Position numbers and translations under genes: made by a program. 64,000 bases of DNA from an uncultured Candidatus Bathyarchaeia archaeon (GTDB taxonomy: Archaea > Thermoproteota > Bathyarchaeia > RBG-16-48-13 > CAYPFQ01), in assembly GCA_964410135.1 (NCBI GenBank), contig CAYPFQ010000002.1, forward strand, positions 3,265 through 67,264. Reading direction: 5' to 3'. The first letter of the stretch is position 1. The number at the start of each line of letters is the position of its first letter. Below are positions 19,773-29,546 of this stretch, piece by piece. The notes beneath the pieces are model-generated. The model was not told the DNA's origin, ran no database searches, and was given only the letters and a program-made list of their open reading frames with translations.

Positions 19773-19992
19773 TGGAGTTTTCCTCCACTAAAATAGTTGA
19801 ACTGGCTCTTCTAAAGTTCGTAGGTACGCCACTCATCTTGCCTACTGAATTTGGCGGGTCATCCCAGCGTAAACTCCTTATAGACGATAGTAGAAGCATG
19901 GTTCCGTTATTTTAGTTTATTGAGCAGATAAGTTAACCACAAGCCAAATAAGACTTAAAGAAAATCTTGTTGACGCTGGAGGCACCATTAGA

Positions 19993-22104
19993 GTGGGGTT
20001 TTCGAATAAACTGAGGGGGAAGTTCAGCAAAGAAACGCTGAGTTCCATTTCTCAATCTTTGAAAGGTGCCTATCCAAGTCTTTCGCGGGGGGCTATGTTT
20101 CGATGCGCATGTGTTGCGCTCATAGCATCAATTGCATTTCTTGTCCGCATCCTACCGCTTCAGTGGGGGGCATACCTGTCTGAATTCGATCCATACTATC
20201 ACTATCGGATCACAGAATATGTGGCCCAAAATTGGCAGTCGTGGTTTACTGAGTCGTTTTGGGAGTGGCATGACTACAAGAGCTGGTGGCCGGGTGGCCG
20301 AGACATATGGGGAACTACGCCGCCAGGGCTTCCCTTTAGCGGGGCAATCGTTTACCTTTTACTCAAACTCTTCGGTCTTCAGGTATCAGTTATGGACGTA
20401 TGCATTTTCTTCCCGCCAGTAGTAGGCGCAATCACCTGTATCGCTCTTTATTTTCTAGGTAAAGATATCGGCGGGGCGGAGGTAGGGCTTCTAGGAGCTT
20501 TAATCTTATCTTTAAATGCTGCTTACATCGGGAGAACCTATCTAGGCTTCTACAAACATGAGACAGTAGGCATCCTCGCTCTTGTGCTGATAGCTCTATT
20601 CTTCTTACGCTCGATCGAACCGCAGAAACCTCTGTCTTCATGCATCTTATACTCGCTTGCAGCAGGATTTTCTCTGGGGTACATCGAAATTTCTTGGAGC
20701 GCTTTTTACTACGCAGTGGATCTGCTTGCGCTATTTGTCGTCGTCATGATTTTGTTGCGTAGGTATAATCTACGGCTTCTTCTATCGTACACGATAACCA
20801 TGGGTCTCAGTCTGCTTATCGCAATACACGTGCCTCGTCCTGGATTCCATGTATTAACATCAATCGGAGTCCTGCCAGCGCTTGTCGCAATTTTCTTGCT
20901 ATTCGTTTACGAGTTCCTAAGTCACATTAAGACTTTGAAGATGAAAATTGTAGCTGCATCATGCATGTTTTTATCGATTGCCGTTATCGTGCTCTTTATT
21001 ATGCAAGTAGGAATTGTATCTCCGCTGATCCATAAACTCGTAACCGCTATCAATCCATTTGCCCGGCTTGAGATGCCTATAGTAGAATCTGTTGCAGAGC
21101 ATCGTGCAGCCACATGGGCCGCCTTCTACTATGAATTCGGCTTTTTTATATTCCTGCTTCCAATAGGATTCTTTTTTGCTCTTAGGCGACCTACTGACAA
21201 GAACATATACCTCATTTTATTTGCAATTACCTCATTGTATTTCGCTGCATCCATGGTAAGGCTTACATTGATACTGGCCTCAGCGTTTGCTATACTCGTT
21301 GCCTTAGCCGTTGTCGAACTTATCAAACCATTCATGGACATTGCAAGAGGGAGTGCATTCTTCCCGAGAAGAAAGATGCGTTTTATCTCTGGTGTGGGCT
21401 CTGAGTTTGGAATAATTACTGTGATAATAGTTTTACTATTAATTGCCCCGTTGCACTCATTTTCTCCAATGAATCGAGGAGTTGATAGTGCAAATACTCC
21501 AGTAACGATCGCCTCTGCCACTATCCCTAGCAGACAAAACTTCGGAGACTGGCTTGAGGCATGCGCATGGATCCATGATAACACTCCTCAGAATGCGGTG
21601 ATATGCTCATGGTGGGATTACGGGTACTATTTGACGGTGATAGGCAACAGGACAACATTGGCTGATAACTCAACTTGGAATACGACTCAAATCAAAAACA
21701 TAGGTAGAATCTACATGTCAAATGAAACCCAAGCTATTCCTATGCTAAAACGCTATGGGGTAAACTATGTTGTAGTATTTACTACACTGAACTTTTTCCT
21801 AGGTGAGTCACCGGCCCGAAGAGCTCCACTTTTTTACGGGGAAGAAGTTAAATGGGAGTGGATGGCAAGAATTGCCGAGCTCTCTGAGGCTTCGCTCAGA
21901 GCTGAAAACCTTTCTAAGCAAATTGGGGTAGCTGACTATGGGCTCTATATCCCGAGGAACGACACAGTGCTTACGAAACTAATGTTGTATCCATTCCGTG
22001 AGCAAGTTGCATCATCGGGTGCCGCAGTACCTCTTCCAACTAACTTCAAATTAGTCTATGCTTCAACCCGTAACATGGTCCTAATTTACGAGGTAAAATA
22101 CTAG
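19993..22104 (+). CDS. aglB: Oligosaccharyltransferase AglB/STT3
   Basis: WWDYGYY motif. N-terminal 13-TM region and a C-terminal periplasmic domain. Confidence 0.85.
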   Translation: MGFSNKLRGKFSKETLSSISQSLKGAYPSLSRGAMFRCACVALIASIAFLVRILPLQWGAYLSEFDPYYHYRITEYVAQNWQSWFTESFWEWHDYKSWWPGGRDIWGTTPPGLPFSGAIVYLLLKLFGLQVSVMDVCIFFPPVVGAITCIALYFLGKDIGGAEVGLLGALILSLNAAYIGRTYLGFYKHETVGILALVLIALFFLRSIEPQKPLSSCILYSLAAGFSLGYIEISWSAFYYAVDLLALFVVVMILLRRYNLRLLLSYTITMGLSLLIAIHVPRPGFHVLTSIGVLPALVAIFLLFVYEFLSHIKTLKMKIVAASCMFLSIAVIVLFIMQVGIVSPLIHKLVTAINPFARLEMPIVESVAEHRAATWAAFYYEFGFFIFLLPIGFFFALRRPTDKNIYLILFAITSLYFAASMVRLTLILASAFAILVALAVVELIKPFMDIARGSAFFPRRKMRFISGVGSEFGIITVIIVLLLIAPLHSFSPMNRGVDSANTPVTIASATIPSRQNFGDWLEACAWIHDNTPQNAVICSWWDYGYYLTVIGNRTTLADNSTWNTTQIKNIGRIYMSNETQAIPMLKRYGVNYVVVFTTLNFFLGESPARRAPLFYGEEVKWEWMARIAELSEASLRAENLSKQIGVADYGLYIPRNDTVLTKLMLYPFREQVASSGAAVPLPTNFKLVYASTRNMVLIYEVKY

Positions 22105-22115
22105 GTGTTCAATGT

Positions 22116-22895
22116 CTAGCTAATATAGGTCATTTTCTCTTTCTCGGCTTTTTGATAGGCTTCCTCGTAAGACTTAAGCTTCTTCTCCACTGTCCGCAGT
22201 CTTTTCAGAACTTCCTTGGCTTTTTCAATTTCGCGGTCAAGATCACTCAGATCTAACTTGATGTTCAATATCAATAACAATGCTCTTAGTACGTTTTTCG
22301 CAGCTTTTGGATCGGGCATATACCCCACGGTTTCGCCTAAGAGGCAAGCGGCCTCGAGATGCTTAAACTTAGCCAGTCCTACGAGCAGACCGGCAGTTCC
22401 TACAATAGGGTTTCCAGCTGGACTAATTTTAACACCAGCGTCAACAAGTCTTTTTAAAAGTTCGGGTGATGTTGCCACACCTAAGACTCGCGGTTCAACC
22501 CCTTGACCTGGCGTACTGTAGCCACCTATTGTGAGGATAGTTTTAACATCATGATCTTCAGCAAACTCCAAGATCTTACTTGTTACATCATACTGGCCCT
22601 CGATTGTTTGCGCTTGGGTGTCTCCGGTTAAAAGAATGAGGTCATTGCCCTTGGGGGCGTTGTTTTTCCAGTAATAAAAGTCGCTCTTAAGAAGTTGCGC
22701 ACTCCCCTTCTTATTGACAAGTACGTGATAAGGGAAAAATGGGGAATATAACCGGGCAAACAGTTTTGCTCTTAATTGCCTGATCAGATATCTTATAACA
22801 ATTTTACCCACTAATCCCAGCCCCGGTAATCCTTCTATCAAAATTGGGTCCTTCAGTTTGATGTCAAGCTTCTTTCGGATCATGGTTTGTCTCAT
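22116..22895 (-). CDS. PAC2-family (proteasome assembly chaperone-like, COG1938) protein
   Basis: PAC2 N-terminal signature PILIEGLPGLGLVGK. Sits in the conserved aIF2alpha-Nop10-COG1938 operon. Confidence 0.7.
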   Translation of the reverse strand: MRQTMIRKKLDIKLKDPILIEGLPGLGLVGKIVIRYLIRQLRAKLFARLYSPFFPYHVLVNKKGSAQLLKSDFYYWKNNAPKGNDLILLTGDTQAQTIEGQYDVTSKILEFAEDHDVKTILTIGGYSTPGQGVEPRVLGVATSPELLKRLVDAGVKISPAGNPIVGTAGLLVGLAKFKHLEAACLLGETVGYMPDPKAAKNVLRALLLILNIKLDLSDLDREIEKAKEVLKRLRTVEKKLKSYEEAYQKAEKEKMTYIS

Positions 22896-23050
22896 TTTGT
22901 GGGAGTCCTCCTCTTTAGCTCATATCTATATCTCCAATATTTGTCATCCATGGAAAATTTGGCTGGGTGGGCTATACTTACTCCACCACCACAGACGGGG
23001 CATCTGTGTTGGCTGAGTGTATAATGCCCATTTTTGCACTTTCTTAACAT
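22892..23050 (-). CDS. nop10: H/ACA ribonucleoprotein subunit Nop10
   Basis: CPVCGG...AHPAKFSMDDKY zinc ribbon plus the Nop10 signature. Start moved to the internal Met (MLRKC) because the track's extension overlaps aIF2alpha. Confidence 0.75.
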   Translation of the reverse strand: MLRKCKNGHYTLSQHRCPVCGGGVSIAHPAKFSMDDKYWRYRYELKRRTPTK

Positions 23051-23060
23051 CCAGACCAAG

Positions 23061-23852
23061 CTACTCCCTCTTAAACGTACCTTTTCCGCCATTTTTCTCA
23101 ACTGCTTGAACGGCGGTTTCTAAGACTCTTTGGAGCAGGTCTTCAGCCTCTTTATAGCTTCTAGCTTGGGCTTCAACGCTATATCTTGGTGCGGCAATAA
23201 CAGAGATCTCCACCTCAGCGTCCTCTGGCTTCTTCATTTTTTTGGCGTTTAACAATGCTTCTTTAATGACTTCCACGCCATTGGGCCTAGTGCATGTTAA
23301 TTCAAGAATCGCTCTAATCGTAACCTTAGGAATTTTAATTTTCATTTTGGCAACTTCTGCTAGTATTTTTGCTATTTTTCCTGGAACATCGGCCCTAGCT
23401 AGGGCTTCCGCGCCATGTTCTGAGCTCTCCTCCAAGCCCTCATACAATCCGCCATATACTTCTTCGATTTTAACGCCCACTTCTTCGTATAATTTCTCGG
23501 GGGGGGTGTGAAGTTTTTCAGCCGTTATCTTCAATATGAATTCTGCTTTTCGATCATGCTTCCATTTTAACAGTTTTTCTTTCTTTTCGGGTCCAGAAAC
23601 ACGTCTCAATGAGAGGTCTACATGCTTCTTCTCAGTGTCAACTCTGAGAACTTTCAAGACAACTTTTTGTCCCTCTCGCATGTGATCGCGGATGTTCTTG
23701 ACCCATGTTGAAGAAACTTCAGAGATATGGACTAATCCTTCCTTGTCTCCATGCTCATCCAATGTTACGTAGACACCGTAAGGCATAACCGTTTTTACCG
23801 TGGCTATAACGAGGTCGCCTGGCTCGGGGAACTCTTCCTTTCCAGCGCTCAT
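23061..23852 (-). CDS. eif2a: Translation initiation factor 2 alpha subunit
   Basis: N-terminal S1 domain (GDLVIATV..YGVYV) and overall aIF2alpha architecture. Confidence 0.9.
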   Translation of the reverse strand: MSAGKEEFPEPGDLVIATVKTVMPYGVYVTLDEHGDKEGLVHISEVSSTWVKNIRDHMREGQKVVLKVLRVDTEKKHVDLSLRRVSGPEKKEKLLKWKHDRKAEFILKITAEKLHTPPEKLYEEVGVKIEEVYGGLYEGLEESSEHGAEALARADVPGKIAKILAEVAKMKIKIPKVTIRAILELTCTRPNGVEVIKEALLNAKKMKKPEDAEVEISVIAAPRYSVEAQARSYKEAEDLLQRVLETAVQAVEKNGGKGTFKRE

Positions 23853-23883
23853 TGTCTCTCCCCAATCATGCCTTAAAATTAGA

Positions 23884-24081
23884 CTATTCTAACTCGCTCA
23901 GGATTTCTCCCTTGATCTTTGCCTTTCCGCCGCTTGGTTCTGCCAGTAGCCCTCCACATACATTACACTTGACTGTTGTTGCAACATAGTTGAAAATTAT
24001 CTGCTCATTTTCGCACTCGGGGCATTTCACCCGGATGAACCTGCTTCTAGGCTTTGGAATGAGTTTATCCCATTCTGACAA
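23884..24081 (-). CDS. rps27e: 30S ribosomal protein S27e
   Basis: C4 zinc finger [13 protein letters not shown]...CNVCG. 65 aa. Confidence 0.85.
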   Translation of the reverse strand: MSEWDKLIPKPRSRFIRVKCPECENEQIIFNYVATTVKCNVCGGLLAEPSGGKAKIKGEILSELE

Positions 24082-24091
24082 CCGTCTTCAC

Positions 24092-24373
24092 CTATACTTT
24101 AATTTCCATTTTCCGTAAGCGCAATCCAATCTTCTGTATAGTATACCCACATGTCTTACATGTTAGCTTTAATGTCTGTTTTTTAGTGGTTTTGGCGAAT
24201 TTTTTCTGTTCAGGGGTTGTTTGTCCTCCATATCCATGTAGATCTCGGCGTCTATGATGTCTCTCCCCTGCTGCTAATGCCCTACGTTTCCCGGCTTTGT
24301 ATAGCGAAACCGAATGCTCCGTGTGCTTCTTGCATTTTGGACAGTAGGTCCTAATCATTTTTGGAGCTTTCAT
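24092..24373 (-). CDS. rpl44e: 50S ribosomal protein L44e
   Basis: YCPKCKKHTEH...CKTCG motif. 93 aa. Confidence 0.85.
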   Translation of the reverse strand: MKAPKMIRTYCPKCKKHTEHSVSLYKAGKRRALAAGERHHRRRDLHGYGGQTTPEQKKFAKTTKKQTLKLTCKTCGYTIQKIGLRLRKMEIKV

Positions 24374-24942
24374 TTTTCAGCTTCCACCTTCGTCACTATT
24401 CCTTGTTTCAATAGAGCTTCCACATTCTCAGATGGTAGTAACGCTAAATCCTCTTGCTTAAAAGGTCCATAACTCTTCATATCCGCACCCATAATGGGTG
24501 GAAGGGGTTGTAAGAAGCGGACTAATATCTTTTTTGGCTTTGCTATAACCTCGTTTGTTTGGGTTACTCTGCCTTCAAAAATTTTTTTTAACAGTTTTCC
24601 ACGAGTATCGGTTGCGGAAGCTAAATTCTCAGATAAAGATTCTTCTTCTCTTGCACATACCTCTGTTGGAACTAAACCTCTCTCAGAAACTTCAGTCGCG
24701 ATCTTTGTATGCCTTAGTTGAAGCAACTCTGTTGCTAAACGTTTTACATTAGCGTGCTCTGCTACTAGAAGTTTCGCCCTTATCGATTTCTCATCGATCA
24801 TGCGCTGCTCCTCCTTCAGAATTTTAATATACTCTGCTAGGCGTTCGTAGAAGTCCTTTGACAGTTTTTGTAGCTGGGCGCTTTCCTTCTCACGCTTCCA
24901 CGCCTGATACAACTCATCATAGTTCACAGCTTTTTCCACCAA
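24370..24942 (-). CDS. Probable GINS subunit Gins51 (Gins15)
   Basis: 190-aa alpha-helical N-terminal domain plus a small beta domain. Position directly upstream of priS matches the conserved archaeal gins51-priS pairing. Sequence evidence is weak. Confidence 0.5.
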   Translation of the reverse strand: MVEKAVNYDELYQAWKREKESAQLQKLSKDFYERLAEYIKILKEEQRMIDEKSIRAKLLVAEHANVKRLATELLQLRHTKIATEVSERGLVPTEVCAREEESLSENLASATDTRGKLLKKIFEGRVTQTNEVIAKPKKILVRFLQPLPPIMGADMKSYGPFKQEDLALLPSENVEALLKQGIVTKVEAEK

Positions 24943-24951
24943 GTTCTTTAG

Positions 24952-26157
24952 CTAACATGGAGAGGCAACCTTCTTACATAATAAACTCATCGCAGCCGCC
25001 GTTGGCAATTCAACCTTCTCATCCCTATAGGGTCCGTAAGTTTGTTCTCCAAGCCTAAACGCTGGGGCTTCTGTAATGCGGATGGACATTGTTCCTTTAG
25101 CGAAAGCTATAGCCTCCTTGAGTGGATCGAATGCCTCAAGTTCTCCAGTTTCTATAGTGACAACTTTCAATCCAGTTTTTCCATGGATTGTCGCTGGTAA
25201 TCGTATTAGGCGGTGAAGATCTGTGGTGACCACTGTGTCGATGCTTGCTGCCTGGCTACTAATTGCACACTCAGCAATTTTCATCCAGGTGGCTACTCCG
25301 ACTCCTGCTACGCTCCAGGGGGCTTTTGTATGCCTTGCCTTTAGAAGCGCCGTAGCTTCTCTCTTACTTATTCCAATTTTTTTCAGCTGCTCAGGATTAG
25401 CTGCGGCTAAGAAATCATAAACCCCTCTGGCCAGACGTCCTCTCCAGCCAGGATCATGAAGATCTGGTCCTATGTCCACTTCGCTGATTTGTCTAATGCC
25501 TTGATATTTCGCGTCAACTCCTGTACCACGAATATAGTCTACAATTTCCTTCCGAGCTTGTTGATCAAGGCTATGCACTTTCTTATCTTCGATGTGAACG
25601 TGATATCCTCTATGTCCTGAGAAACAGACTGCCAAATTTTTGTCAATAAATCCGAAGTCGCTTGTTAGCATGTCGATGAGTTTTATTGTTTCTGATTTTG
25701 CTGCTTCTAAACACTTTTCGCATAGCCATGTCTCTTCTTCAAATTTCTGGGAACCACATTTTGGGCAGTTCTCTGGTGTTTGTCCAGTTCTCTTCTCTCC
25801 GCATTTTAGGCAGGTCCATTTGTCATGCTCGTTTTTGCAGGGGGTTTCTATGTGGTCGGCGTCTACGTCAAAAATTAAGTCAGCACCAAGCCAACCTTTG
25901 GCTTCCATGCTTTCCTCGGGGTTTTCGTAGTATGCGGACGAGTGGTAAACATCTGATGGTGCCGTGGTCTCGAGGAAACGCCGTAAATCTTCTATCCTTC
26001 TGAAGCCTTTATGGCGGATCATCATTTTTTCCTTGAAGGTTAGGAAGCCGAATTCTCTTTTTTCCATTGATGTGGGCGGTTGGATTTCGTTGGAGTGCTC
26101 ATGATAGTACTCGGCGAACTTTCTTTTGACGAAGTCCTCTGTCTCCATCTTGGTCAC
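24952..26157 (-). CDS. priS: DNA primase small (catalytic) subunit PriS
   Basis: Catalytic acidic motif LIFDVDADH, SGHRGYHVH motif, and a zinc knuckle (CLKCGE...CPKCG). Confidence 0.85.
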   Translation of the reverse strand: MTKMETEDFVKRKFAEYYHEHSNEIQPPTSMEKREFGFLTFKEKMMIRHKGFRRIEDLRRFLETTAPSDVYHSSAYYENPEESMEAKGWLGADLIFDVDADHIETPCKNEHDKWTCLKCGEKRTGQTPENCPKCGSQKFEEETWLCEKCLEAAKSETIKLIDMLTSDFGFIDKNLAVCFSGHRGYHVHIEDKKVHSLDQQARKEIVDYIRGTGVDAKYQGIRQISEVDIGPDLHDPGWRGRLARGVYDFLAAANPEQLKKIGISKREATALLKARHTKAPWSVAGVGVATWMKIAECAISSQAASIDTVVTTDLHRLIRLPATIHGKTGLKVVTIETGELEAFDPLKEAIAFAKGTMSIRITEAPAFRLGEQTYGPYRDEKVELPTAAAMSLLCKKVASPC

Positions 26158-27212
26158 CCTTTTTTTGGGGGTTTACCAGTTTTTAGCACCCTAAACTTTC
26201 GTCTATAATAGCTCATGGGATGTCTTACTTTTTTGCAGAGGTCGTCCATGGAAATACAGAATCCATGGGTGCGTAGGGTGCTACAGTTTGGTGGAGTATA
26301 CTTGGTTCTTGATCCTCTTGTACCAGCGATATGCTCAACTTGATATCGTGTCATCTCGGAGTCGAAATCGGCTAGCTGCGAAAACAGTTTCACTACTTCC
26401 TCTGGGCTCATGCCAGTATTCAGTAAGAATGATGTTAACGTGAATCTTCCCAAGTGGGGGACATTTTGTCCACTGAAAACAGCGTCATACAATTTTTTGA
26501 TGCACGGCGGAAAAGCCATCACCATGAAGCCTATCGGAGCTTCCTCGATAGCAATCTCACCTTTCCTTTGAGCTAGCAGTATTTTCAAAGGCTCGATCCT
26601 TTGGACAATCGGTGCTGGTAATTCAACTTCAAGGCGTCCTTCAAGCCTGTTTTCAATTCTTCTGCGGATCTCTTCTTGGAGCAGTCTAGCGGCGTCTCCA
26701 GTTGTTAGGTAAACCCGGCCGTCTAAGACCAGTCTGTTTACAAGTTTCCATTTATCCCCACTGACTCCAGCTGCATTCCTCAAGTAATCCGTGAAGTATA
26801 GTGAAAAATCATACTCAGTATCCCCTAATTTCTCTCTGGTGCTCTGGATGTCCCATTTAAATGTGCCAACCGCGATGTCCATCAAATGTTCCTTGGATTT
26901 GCGGGGTAACTCGCCCAGTAGCAGCTTATGGGCGCGTTTTGCTTCGGCTAGAGCGTATCGCCTTTTAAGAAAAGGATCGTTCACCTGCATTACGATCATT
27001 ACGGCTGCTGGATAGGAAAGGATTTCAACCATATCATCTGCCGATTCACTGTGAATTTCCTCCTCAATGGCTTCTTCAACTCGTTTCACTGCGGCATCTA
27101 CAATTTTTGAGTAGTCTCTAGCAAGTTCTTCAATTTCGATTTCCTTCTCTTTCACGTATCGGCTAGCTTCCTTTGTAAAAGGGAACTTGGCTAAGTCGCT
27201 AGTATCTAACAT
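26154..27212 (-). CDS. priL: DNA primase large subunit PriL
   Basis: PriL fold with conserved FPPCIK and C-terminal Cys residues. 4-nt overlap with priS. Confidence 0.8.
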   Translation of the reverse strand: MLDTSDLAKFPFTKEASRYVKEKEIEIEELARDYSKIVDAAVKRVEEAIEEEIHSESADDMVEILSYPAAVMIVMQVNDPFLKRRYALAEAKRAHKLLLGELPRKSKEHLMDIAVGTFKWDIQSTREKLGDTEYDFSLYFTDYLRNAAGVSGDKWKLVNRLVLDGRVYLTTGDAARLLQEEIRRRIENRLEGRLEVELPAPIVQRIEPLKILLAQRKGEIAIEEAPIGFMVMAFPPCIKKLYDAVFSGQNVPHLGRFTLTSFLLNTGMSPEEVVKLFSQLADFDSEMTRYQVEHIAGTRGSRTKYTPPNCSTLRTHGFCISMDDLCKKVRHPMSYYRRKFRVLKTGKPPKKG

Positions 27213-27277
27213 AGTTCTTTCTTACAATAGAGTGAGGAAGTGTGATAAATGAATCTATCCAATTTTTGTAGCTGAGG

Positions 27278-28042
27278 CTAAGCCTCGCTTTCAATCCTTG
27301 GAGCCAGATAGTAGGTGAGCTTTCCGCCTTGTGGTAGCTCGAAATCTAGTCTGACTGGCATGTTTGTTGAGAACTCCAGCGTGGCAATGTCCGAGGTTGT
27401 TGAGGCTGACTTAATTATTTCTGCTAAATAGCTGAGGCTAAATGTTGCCTTCGACTCCTCTTTAACTTCTAATCCAAGAAGCACTTCACTTTCTTTTTCT
27501 AACTCTATTTTCGCGCTTCCGACGTCGCCCGTAGCTATCATCACAAACTTGTCAGGGCTTGCTTCAAGTCTTACATGGTCGCTGACAGTGGAGGCATCAT
27601 CCATACTTTGTCTCAAAGCTGCCGTAGTGAGTTTTGCCTTTGCATTAAATACAATCTTAGGAATCGGAGCCTCTTCTCCAGCTGCCTCTAGTGTAGTCAT
27701 GCTGAATGTTCTTGTATATTTTCCCCTTAGTTTGATGTTTAATTTCTTAGTCTGCTCGTCTAGAGAAATTTCAACTGACTCGTTAGTGCCAGCTCCGCGT
27801 AGAAGTTTCTGCATCTCGCTTAAGTTGACACAGATTTTTGTGGGTTGGTCGCACGTATACCCTTCAAACACACTCCTCGGCCATTCAAAGTCAACCATAG
27901 CCACATGCGATGGATCCATAGCCCTCAGCGTTATGCCCTCGGGGCTTGCGTTAAAAGTAGCCTCATCAATCAGGGTTGATATCGCCGACATCAGGTCTCT
28001 AAATAATTTGGCGTCAGCCATCTTTACATTAAACAATTTCAA
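27278..28042 (-). CDS. pcn: DNA polymerase sliding clamp PCNA
   Basis: 254 aa with a two-domain PCNA pattern (MFEARL-like N-terminus, inter-domain connector). Confidence 0.9.
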   Translation of the reverse strand: MKLFNVKMADAKLFRDLMSAISTLIDEATFNASPEGITLRAMDPSHVAMVDFEWPRSVFEGYTCDQPTKICVNLSEMQKLLRGAGTNESVEISLDEQTKKLNIKLRGKYTRTFSMTTLEAAGEEAPIPKIVFNAKAKLTTAALRQSMDDASTVSDHVRLEASPDKFVMIATGDVGSAKIELEKESEVLLGLEVKEESKATFSLSYLAEIIKSASTTSDIATLEFSTNMPVRLDFELPQGGKLTYYLAPRIESEA

Positions 28043-28126
28043 ACCTCCACAAGTAATCTGCTAGTTTTCCTTTTAACTTAACCTATCTTAACACTAAAAT
28101 AGTTAACTTAGGAGATGAGCTAGAAT

Positions 28127-28471
28127 TTAGCTGTACTCTCTCCAAGTATAGCCGCATTTTACACATCTGAAAAACTGAGTTGGGCTCTCATCACTGCCCC
28201 TTGTTTGCGTGATCCACCAGTAGGCTTCCGCATTCCCACACTTGGGGCATTCTGCCTTGGTTTTAGGCATCGTATGGAATTTTTGCGCCTCTTTTCCAAT
28301 TACTGCGATCTGTTTTTTAGGAACCTGCTCGGGCACACGTAATGCGGTTACAATTTTATCTTTTGTAGGCTTCTCATAGCCACATTTTGTGCATGCCAGT
28401 AGAATTCTGAGTTTTCTCTTGCCCTTTTGGGTTGGTACAAGTCTATTTCCACATTTTGGGCAGAATTCCAT
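28127..28471 (-). CDS. tfs: Transcription factor S (TFS) / RNAP subunit M-like
   Basis: N-terminal zinc ribbon FCPKCGN, and a C-terminal TFIIS-type ribbon FFRCVKCGYTWRE preceded by the acidic RSDE. Confidence 0.85.
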   Translation of the reverse strand: MEFCPKCGNRLVPTQKGKRKLRILLACTKCGYEKPTKDKIVTALRVPEQVPKKQIAVIGKEAQKFHTMPKTKAECPKCGNAEAYWWITQTRGSDESPTQFFRCVKCGYTWREYS

Positions 28472-28542
28472 TAATTAGACACCGTTGCTGAGTTTTCCTA
28501 ATCTAACCTTCTTTTAAACTTTTTTGTGAAGCGCTACGATTT

Positions 28543-29142
28543 TTATATTAGTCCAGAGGCTATTAGGTGGGCCACTCGCAACGCCTCTGGGAGGCTGCTT
28601 CTCGTAGAAGTCATCTTTACGATTTTCTCAGCATCCTGTCTCAGGATTCCAGATATTTGCATGGAAAGAAACTCCGCGTCATCCTTTGTCTTTAATGTGA
28701 ATATATCACCAGCTGCCTTGACAGCTCTCCATCTTTCTCTCCAGTTTGGTAGTTTTTTAAGAGCTGCTTTGATCTCATTCATATTGGGCCCTTCTTTGGT
28801 GAGAGCAATTACTGGTAGCTTGGTGTCCTTAAAAAGCCTCTTAATATCTACCACATTAAACCCTGCGAAGGTTATGCCATTCAACATAACTACCCGCAAC
28901 TGATGGTAATGGGGCGAGTTGGTAATCATTGTTGTAATTCTTTCTGTAGAATCAAGACCATCTATCTGTATGCTCGTCTTCATTACTCCATCCAACCAGT
29001 AACCTCCTCTATAGACTACTCCAATCACATCGACTAAACCCTTTGAACGGGGGGTGAAGGGGCGATCGTCGATTCCTAATACGCGAATTTCGGTTTTAAT
29101 TTCCCTAAATTTTACTTCATTTGACATTAAACTGTGCTCCAA
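28543..29142 (-). CDS. DUF99/UPF0215 family protein (endonuclease V-like fold)
   Basis: 199-aa conserved archaeal family (LGIDDRPF...). Function unknown. Confidence 0.55.
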   Translation of the reverse strand: MEHSLMSNEVKFREIKTEIRVLGIDDRPFTPRSKGLVDVIGVVYRGGYWLDGVMKTSIQIDGLDSTERITTMITNSPHYHQLRVVMLNGITFAGFNVVDIKRLFKDTKLPVIALTKEGPNMNEIKAALKKLPNWRERWRAVKAAGDIFTLKTKDDAEFLSMQISGILRQDAEKIVKMTSTRSSLPEALRVAHLIASGLI

Positions 29143-29536
29143 GTCGCTTACTAATCTCCGTCAAGAGGCTGGTAAAAGCCTCTACTGGATCTTCGACCTG
29201 CTTTTTGAGTATGTTAATACAGTCTTCCTCGGAGATCGAGCCACTGGCCCACCCATATATAATCAACGCTTCAGCAGCATTTCCCAGCTCATAGCGGTTC
29301 ATTCTACCTGGCAGTATGTCTCTAAGTCCAGTTCTTCTCAATGCCTCTGCTAATGTATCACTACGTACTCTTAGACCTGAAAGCTCTCTGAATTTTGCTG
29401 AGTAAGCCAGAGAGTAAATGAAGTTCACATAGGTGTCGCCAAGTCTAGCCCATTTCTTGTTCAACAATATATCGCGTAGGCTTTGAGTGGGGCTACTCTC
29501 TACGAGAATTTTTTTCAATCGAATTAAGGTGGACAT
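29117..29536 (-). CDS. Conserved hypothetical protein with weak RNase III-like signature
   Basis: 139 aa, all-helical. ARLGDTYVNFIYSLAY resembles the RNase III/Mini-III catalytic helix. Confidence 0.4.
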   Translation of the reverse strand: MSTLIRLKKILVESSPTQSLRDILLNKKWARLGDTYVNFIYSLAYSAKFRELSGLRVRSDTLAEALRRTGLRDILPGRMNRYELGNAAEALIIYGWASGSISEEDCINILKKQVEDPVEAFTSLLTEISKRLGAQFNVK

Positions 29537-29546
29537 ATCTCGTGCC

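Noticed and set aside
27549-28064. 171-aa plus-strand ORF
   Set aside because: Antisense within PCNA. PCNA has strong motif support and this ORF has none.
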